From assembly GCF_009914755.1 (NCBI RefSeq), contig NC_060925.1: DNA of 64,000 bases; one strand, written 5' to 3'. A program made the position numbers and the translations under genes. Positions within the stretch are counted from its first letter, which is position 1. Each line of letters starts with the position of its first letter. Source of the stretch: the human T2T-CHM13v2.0 reference genome, Homo sapiens. Below the pieces are notes generated by a model. It was given only the letters and a program-made list of their open reading frames with translations. It searched no databases and was not told the origin of the DNA. This document shows, piece after piece, positions 54,616 through 64,000 of the stretch.

Positions 54616-56757
54616 AATGCTACATAGAAAGACAGTGAAAGTTGCAGCTTGAGCTTCAGAAATTTGATTTGTGAAACATTCATTTAAACGTGCTGAAAGT
54701 TTAAAAATGACCAGGTTAACTACAGACCTGCTTGGAAGGTATTCCTGCCCCTTGAGAAAAAGTAAGAGGAACAAATGAAATCAGAGTTAGCTGATCGTAA
54801 CCTATATTTAAAACTAATAACGAAAAAAGGAGAAAAAGTTAAAGAGAAAAACCAAATTTTCACAGTGGAACTGGCTAAATTTTGACTGTAACTACTTTCT
54901 GAATGATAGTATATTTCCATCTTCATTTTTTTCTTTGACAGTCTATTATAATTCACTTTTTTTTAGATCATAGAAAAAATTTTAAATCATAATCCACATG
55001 TAAAATGTATTTGGAGGGTAACACTTCCAAGTGTGTGTTCTACTTTGCAAAGTGACACTCATGTAACAGAGACTGTGAATAGCTTGGCCAGGCTTCTTTA
55101 GATCAACTTATTGAAAAAAAAAAAAATCCCACAATGCATTCCCAGTGCTGTAACCACATTGTTGATACAGATCTCACTGACTTTGTTCTGGTAGCTCCTC
55201 TAAATGTTTAGAGACACTGAAATTACCTTTATCTTTCCCAATTGATATTGGCATGTCAGATCTCATTTCAGGAATAAGCTTGACAACTATGTGGCTATAT
55301 CTGTGGATTTTTTAAATTTAATTCTTTCTTTGTCTCTCTACTTTTCTTTCTCCTTTGTTGGGTCTTTTACTGCAGACTTTTAATAATGCTAAGGAAGAGT
55401 TCATTTGCTGCTTTCCATTTCTTTTTTAATTACTTGAAATTTTACACCCTGACACAAAAATTTGTACCATCATTTGAACTCAATGTCTTCATGCATAATC
55501 TGAGAAAATTTAAGCAAACAGAAAACAAACAAAAAAAAAACAATAGAAATAATTCAATTTTTAAAATCTCTGCACAGATTTCTTTCTACAAAGAATATTA
55601 CATTTAAAGATTAGAAATCAGAATATATCAATGTGACCTTGGCCTCATTAAGTTTGCAGTAAGATGTCTGTTTTGTGATACAAGTAGTTTTACATCATTT
55701 TCAAATTAGATATGTTTTTCTCCTTGCAAATAGGGCTTGTTTTTCCTTAAAATGTAACCCCAGTGATCTATACTAAATGTTTTGACAGTAAGTTCTGACA
55801 TCATTTCATCTTCCTTTCTTTTAGACCAAAAGCACAATGATGCCTTTCTTTTTACTCACATTTGATGACATCCATAGTGAGAAACAGCAGTTCCACTGTC
55901 CAACACCAGGAAATGTTCTGACTGTTTCACCGCTCCAGCTAATACTTACAGAGGTGTGGCCTATTCCCACTTGTATTGGGGGCTTTAGAATCTGACTCCT
56001 TACATTCCTAAGATTAAAAGACATCTTGTGCTGTTTTATGTTCTGAGAAGGATTGATTACCACAAAGACAGATCTATAGGTATGTATGGGTAAGTGAAAG
56101 GCTGACAAACAGCATGAGGCATAATCACTTTTATGGTTAGGAATCTGATATGCTGCCAGCAGAGACTGTTCAGTTCACACTTCCATTTCCTTTTAGCCTT
56201 GATGCTTGGGTATGGTGTAGGTAAAATGAGGGTTAGACTGTAAATGAAAATCTTTTATAAGAAAAGGAAAGCTTATTGATGAGCTGCTTCAATCATATCT
56301 TTTTGTAGATAAGAAAACTGAGGCTAATGGAAGTGAAATGATGGATAAAATCTTAGAAGAAATAGATGACGGCTAAAAATCTCAAATGGATAGGAAAAGC
56401 TACAAGGAGTCTGGATATTCTCAGGACTGTTATCTGAAAGACTGCATGAAGCAGAACTCATGTGAAGTGTGCCTAGTTACAGACATACAAAGACTCACTC
56501 CCTTTCCCTTCAATGACAGTGGTGATCCTGAAAGAGCTTCCACTCACACAGGTCCATAGCTTCCTTCCCCCCTTTGACCTGACACTGGGATATGAAGAGG
56601 AAGGATTGGTTTCTTCACTGGTATTCTGAGAACAACCTTATGGATGTCTGAGGGTAGCATAATCTGGCAGTCCTAGGAGCTCAGGTACTATCTAGGATGG
56701 CAGACTGCTGTCATTTCAAGCTTTGATCCAAATAACCAAGTCCCTAATTAGCTTCAC

Positions 56758-56812
56758 ACAATTGCTCTTTCATTTATCCTCAGTTATCTTTAACATGTCA
56801 TATGATTTCCTA
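56758..56812 (+). repeat. ~55-bp direct repeat, copy 1 (copy 2 at 57878-57932)
   Basis: TGCTCTTTCATTTATCCTCAGTT[A/C]TCTT[T/C]AACATGTCATATGATTTCCTA occurs twice. Confidence 0.95.
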
Positions 56813-56888
56813 AAAATCACTGTGTTATACAAAGTCACACACACAATAAAAACAATAGGGCATATGGGGAAAGATGGAATCAAGAGCA

Positions 56889-57875
<987 letters not shown>

Positions 57876-57877
57876 TT

Positions 57878-57932
57878 AACAATGCTCTTTCATTTATCCT
57901 CAGTTCTCTTCAACATGTCATATGATTTCCTA
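57878..57932 (+). repeat. ~55-bp direct repeat, copy 2
   Basis: See copy 1. Confidence 0.95.
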
Positions 57933-58329
57933 CGTGCTACAATACTACAATAATATTCCATGTTTCTTTAAAACCATCGGAAATTTGCTTGTGGAAATAG
58001 GTGTCAGTTTGGGGCTTATTGTAAAGGTGTAGCAAGAGGATTATTAGAAATTTGACAGAAAGTTTTAATCACAGATGTGATTGACTGTGGCTCATACCAA
58101 ACGCAGTACACCAAGGTATCTGGGAGATGCTTGAGTTATGTATATGTGTGCATTTTTTGTGGTCCCCTACAGCTCAGTTCAGTTGAGTACTATTTTGTTC
58201 ATTTATCCAGTATTTCTAATGGACAAAGTCAAATATAAGCAAATGCAGTATTTCTACTATGCTTTTTTTCCTAAAATATCAATTATCTTAGAACCAATTT
58301 TCATTTTTAAAACCAGCATTATAAGAAAA

Positions 58330-58920
58330 CTGACTATAATTAAAAATGAGTCTTTAGTGTGCAAGAGTTACAAATTTTGCCTAAAAGGTCAAAACTTTGT
58401 TAAGGAAATAGACATTAAATAAATCATCAATTGAAGTATGATGAGATTTTATGAAACAGAACTACAAAACATTACAGGAATAAATGCAGGGGTGCTTATT
58501 TGGTCTGGGACAGAGATGGGCACTCTGGGCCTATGGAATTTACACTGAGACTTTAAGTGTATGCAGGAGTTGGGGAAGTGAATGAACAAAGATAGTGTTA
58601 CTGGCAGAGAGAAGATCAAGTTTCAGAGCTTCAAGGCAAAATAATGCAGCATGTTCTAGACAACAGATGGAAGTTTAGTAATTTTGCAATATAATCTTAA
58701 GAGAAAACTAGCAGCAAATGGGGTAGTAAATTTAGAAGGGGCTGAGATAAATATTACACATAAGCATCTATGAAAAGGAGTGAACTTCATTCTAAAATCA
58801 GTGCATACCTTTAAGTCTTTAAACAAAGAAATATTAAATAAACTGTTTTAATTATCATGTGTATAGTTTGGAGAACAATTTGGATTACAGCAAGATTAGA
58901 AACAAATGTGGCAGAGTTTA
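58330..58920 (-). mobile_element. Degraded L2
   Basis: CTGAGACTTTAAGTGTATGCAGGAGTTG...CTGGCAGAGAGAAG...GCATGTTCTAG, typical purine-rich antisense L2 pattern. Confidence 0.5.
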
Positions 58921-59079
58921 TCAGCTGATAACACACAACAAAAAAGCTTTCTTCTAAGAACAGTGCTACATTATTTTCCAGGCTTCCTTCACTTGATTCA
59001 GGGAAGTGACCATTTTATTTTATTTTTTTCAAAGAGAATGTGAGTGGAAACTATACGAGCTGCTAACGGGACAAGGCAT

Positions 59080-59302
59080 TTAAGAATCATCCGAGTTCTG
59101 CTCTTCTTGCTGGCTGGAGGTAAATACCATTGTGGAGCCACAATATGGAAAGAGGCTGGGCCCCCAAACTGCTGCATGAAAAATAGCTGCTTGCAAACCA
59201 AGAACACTCAACTTGGATTTTTATTGATATAATGCTTTTGTTGTGCTTGAGTCATTGTACTTTGGGGTATAAGTGGAGGATCTTTCTTTTCTTTTACAGC
59301 TA
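59080..59302 (+). mobile_element. Old MLT1 (J/K-like) LTR fragment
   Basis: CACAATATGGAAAGAGGCTGGG...CTGCATGAAAAATAGCTGC...TTTTACAGC. Confidence 0.55.
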
Positions 59303-59760
59303 AGAATTCAAGAACAAACACCAGCAAAGAGATTCAATACAAATATCCAATTTTGAGATAAGGGATGGATAACCATAGTGTGAGTTGAGCCACAGAAATG
59401 TGGATGAATTCAATAAATATTTGGATGATTGTTTAACATTACTTCATAATTGATGGGAATAAAAAAGTATAACAAAGAGAAGAAATCAAGGCTGCAGCAT
59501 GACAAAAGGTTTATATTTTAACTTCAAGAAATCACACATACTCTGTTTTTTCCTCTACTGAAAGATTAGACTAACAATCCAATTTACCTGGACAAAATAA
59601 GCTTCTGGGAGATTCTGAAAGTTTGTTATCTTCCTTATCCTTGCCTTTTTGTATTTGAGAATTATATCACCATTCTCACCATTCTAGGATGTTTTCACTA
59701 ATAATTTTTGAGATTTAATTTATAAATATCAAGCTTCCTGGTTCTTGAAACCTACCCATA

Positions 59761-59812
59761 GTTAACAACTGATTCCTAGTTCTAGGGTTAACAACTGATT
59801 CCTAGTTTCAGG
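59761..59812. repeat. 26-bp tandem duplication
   Basis: GTTAACAACTGATTCCTAGTTCTAGG / GTTAACAACTGATTCCTAGTTTCAGG. Confidence 0.95.
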
Positions 59813-59999
59813 GTTTTCCTGAATATTATCTTTATGCCAGCTTTATAGCATTTTGGAAGGCTCATTTATCCCACATTATGATATTCTCCTGCTTTCAATT
59901 TCTCTGTGTCTTCTCGTTTCTCTTAAGGCTAAGCTGGACATTGCAAACAGGATAGTCTCTTCTATCTTGCCCAGCCTTTTCTCCTATCCCATTTTTGCA

Positions 60000-60400
60000 T
60001 TCTCTCTATTCTCTGATCACAGAATTGTTTTCATTTCTGAAGGTACAACTAGTGTCACATCTTATGCACATGCTGTTCCCTTTACTAGGATTATACTTTT
60101 CCCTTAAATTATCTACCCTTTGCTTGCTTTATTCTGACTTAACTTCAGATTATGGCTCAAATGTATTTCCTCATAGAATTCTTCCTTGACACCTCATAAT
60201 AAATAAAGTTCACCATATTAAATGCTTTCTTCTCTCCCTGTACTTGTTTCTTTTTAAAGATATTGTTGTTTATTAACTACCTGTGTGATTATTTAATAAT
60301 ACCTTACTCAACATTTCCTCAGCTCCCTGAGGTCAGAGATTATGTATTTTGCTCTCCATGGCCTTCCTAACATCAAGCACAGTGACTAGTAAACAACTGG
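60000..60400 (+). mobile_element. L2 3' region
   Basis: TGCACATGCTGTTCCCT...CTCAAATGT...AGCTCCCTGAGGTCAGAGA...AGCACAGTGACT. Confidence 0.65.
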
Positions 60401-60855
60401 TTGTTACAGATATCAACAGTCACCTATCTGGCACCCATTTCTCACATATGCTGATTGACAGAGCCCCTGTTTGATTCAGGTGTGCATGATACCCATGAAC
60501 GACTCCGGGACTATATTTCTCATTTCAACTCCTGAAGTAATTTTTGCTTGATTTAAACTGATTGTTATGAGCCAATTCCTTTTGTAAATGATTGGCTTAG
60601 GCCAGGTATGCAAAACGTTCTGTCTGAGAAGACTTGAAAATCTACTTGGAAATTTCTAGGAAAGCTTTCCTTGCTCTTAAAATGTGATGCATAAAAAGAA
60701 ACAGTACTGCTTCTGAATCCTTCCTGAGTTCATTAGGGGAGCTAAGTAGAGATGACATGGCCGGAAGATGTAAAACATTCAGGTGTCGATTAACATTATT
60801 AAGCTACCAAATTAGTCCATTTTAAAGGTACATTACCGTAAAAACTTTATGTGAC

Positions 60856-61171
<316 letters not shown>

Positions 61172-62343
61172 TTATGTGACCAAAAAAATCTTCAAGTTCA
61201 CCGAGAACTCCCTGTTTCCCATATCTAGAAGTTTTCTAACAGTATTTAAAAGTACTCAACAAATATTTCTTGAATAAATGAAAAGTGTCTATGTTTAGTG
61301 CCTAATAAACAATATGCACAGTACATGGTTGTACTTCCAAGCCTTGGCGGTGATGTTCACTGAAAACCTTTCTTATTTATACATGACAAACTCCCAGTCT
61401 TTCAAGAGTCAAAGTAGGTCCCTATCTCCAGGATACTCCTTCTCTCACATTGTTAGGTTAGCAGCTCCTCCATTATACTCTAAAACTAAAACTAGTTTAG
61501 ATTTCTACCATTGCCTGTATTCCTGTAATATATTTAATTGCACTTCCCACATTCAACCAAATATATCCTGAAGGAAGGGGCTGCCAAGACTAAGGCAGAA
61601 CTTGGCCTTTAGTACATGATGAATATATAAAGTCTCTCCAGGGGAAAAAGAGTTGCGTGAATGAAATAACCAAGGAAACCTCTGGAAAACAAGTGGAAAC
61701 TGGGCTTATTGTAATAATGTGTAAAAGGGCAAAGAACAATGCTATAGCAGATCACAAAAGGGAAGAAAACAGAGTTGTTTCCCCAGGATATTGGTGGTTT
61801 AAAAATTAGCGTACATATTGGTAAAGAATACCATGCAAGAAATATTGAGAAACAAAATCACATGAGAGCAACATCTGAATCTCAGTGCAAGGAAATTGAA
61901 ATTTACTTTACAAGTGTAGGAAGGCTATGTTAAGAATACTCATATAATAGTGTTCTATAAAAAGAGTCAGTGATGTTGGTGAATGATACATAAAATGTTA
62001 AATGTAATAGCCACACAAGGAATATAAGTGTTGAAAATAGGTGGTGATGTTACAAATAGAAAGGGACAGATACAAGGAAAATGTCTTGTACATAAATAAT
62101 GAAAAACTGCATTAATACTACATACCTATCAGAATGGCCCAAATCCAGAACATTGAAAACACAAATGTTGGTAAGGATGTGGAGAGAAAAAGGAATTCTC
62201 ATTCATTGCTATGGAAATGGAAAATGGTACAGCCTCTTTGGAAGACAGTTTGGCAGTTTCTTACAAAACTAAACATACTCATACTATACAGTCCAGCAAT
62301 CACACTTCTTAGTATTTATCCAAAAGAGTTGCAGCATGTTCGT

Positions 62344-62345
<2 letters not shown>

Positions 62346-62393
<48 letters not shown>
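62346..62393. repeat. Pure A48 homopolymer
   Basis: Counted directly. Confidence 0.95.
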
Positions 62394-62395
<2 letters not shown>

Positions 62396-62708
62396 GCACA
62401 CAAATATTTATAGTAGCTTTATTAGTAATTGCCAAAACTTGGAAGCAAACAAGATGTCCTTCAGTAGCTGAATGGATAAATAAACTATGGTACATCCAGA
62501 AAGTAAAATATTATCAAATATTTAATAGAAGGGAGCTAATAAGCCATGAAAAACATAGAAGAATCTTATTAATAAATTCATACAACTAATGATGGAAGTC
62601 AATTTGAAAAGCTGCATATTTACTGTGATTCCAATTATATGACATTCTGGGAAAAGCAAAACTATGGAGATAGTAAAATGAACAGAGGTTGGAAGAAAGG
62701 GAGGGTTA

Positions 62709-63206
<498 letters not shown>

Positions 63207-64000
63207 TCATTGTGCTTTCACCATTTGTAACAAATGTGCCTGTCTGGTGAAGGATGTTGGTAATAGGAGAGTCTATGTGTGTGTGGGAGCAAGGGGTATA
63301 ATAAGAAATTTTTGTACCTTCCCCTCGATTTTACTGTGAACACAAAGCTGCTATAAAAAATAGTCTTTAAGAATATAGTATCTAATCAATAAGTTTTTGT
63401 AACTGAGTTTATCCACATGTTTAAATTACAAAGAAGTAAAGAACATAGTTTTTGTGATTGAATAATCCTTTGTTGCATGTTCTTCTGAAAAAATAAAATT
63501 GAAAAAATTATCACTTACCATTTTGAATGTTCATACGATGCAAATCATTTATTTTCTTATCAAATATATTTATTGAATTTCCACCAACTGTATAGCTTAA
63601 CAATAATCTGTGTGGTGGTAGTATTCTGCTCATTTTTAATTAAAAATTACACTGACATAATATATAAAGCAGTGAAAAACAATTGTGCGATACTATATGC
63701 TTATGTATGTCTTAATTTTGAAATGTTATGAGCAAGAGGAGATGCATTCCCCCAAATATGAAATTGAAATTCAGTGTCATCTCTTTTCAGTTTAACTCAG
63801 TGTTCTGATATAAATAATTTAATTGCCAGACCACCTAGATAATAAAACAGAAAATACTATGTATGTGTGAGCGTCCTTCAAGGGAATTTAAAAATAAATT
63901 TTATTGAGAAATGAACATGACTAATTAGACCATAAAGTGTTCATAAGTTTGTATGTTTACAAATAGAAATATGGAGGAAATTTTAAACTCATGGAAATCT

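Noticed and set aside
62134-62589. 151-aa ORF with poly-Lys
   Set aside because: L1 ORF2 C-terminal remnant plus the A48 run.

Overview
AT-rich great-ape (human-like) genomic DNA, judged from AluY copies and an L1PA2-type 3' end. It is made mostly of interspersed repeats: about 15 Alu copies, many L1 fragments of different ages, MIR and L2 relics, MaLR elements (one full-length MSTA provirus with a perfect GGACC target-site duplication), an RT-deleted ERVL with an MLT2F-type LTR, and hAT DNA-transposon fossils. I find no protein-coding gene, RNA gene or CpG island, and every longer ORF in the track comes from a repeat or low-complexity sequence. No new biological system is supported. The most notable structures are: (1) a degraded APOA4-like coding fragment carried antisense inside the MLT2F LTR (54203-54346); (2) a ~375-bp inverted copy of an old L1's own downstream sequence inserted into its ORF1 (34222-34595 vs 35620-35993); (3) an ancient ~250-bp duplication, one copy replacing the middle of an L1 (23272-23520 vs 26605-26860); (4) a young ~55-bp direct repeat bracketing 1.07 kb (56758-56812 vs 57878-57932); (5) a twin-primed 5'-inverted L1; (6) a strong CTCF motif in apparently unique sequence. 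Subfamily names come from recalled consensus sequences, not a database run, and boundaries of old elements are approximate.
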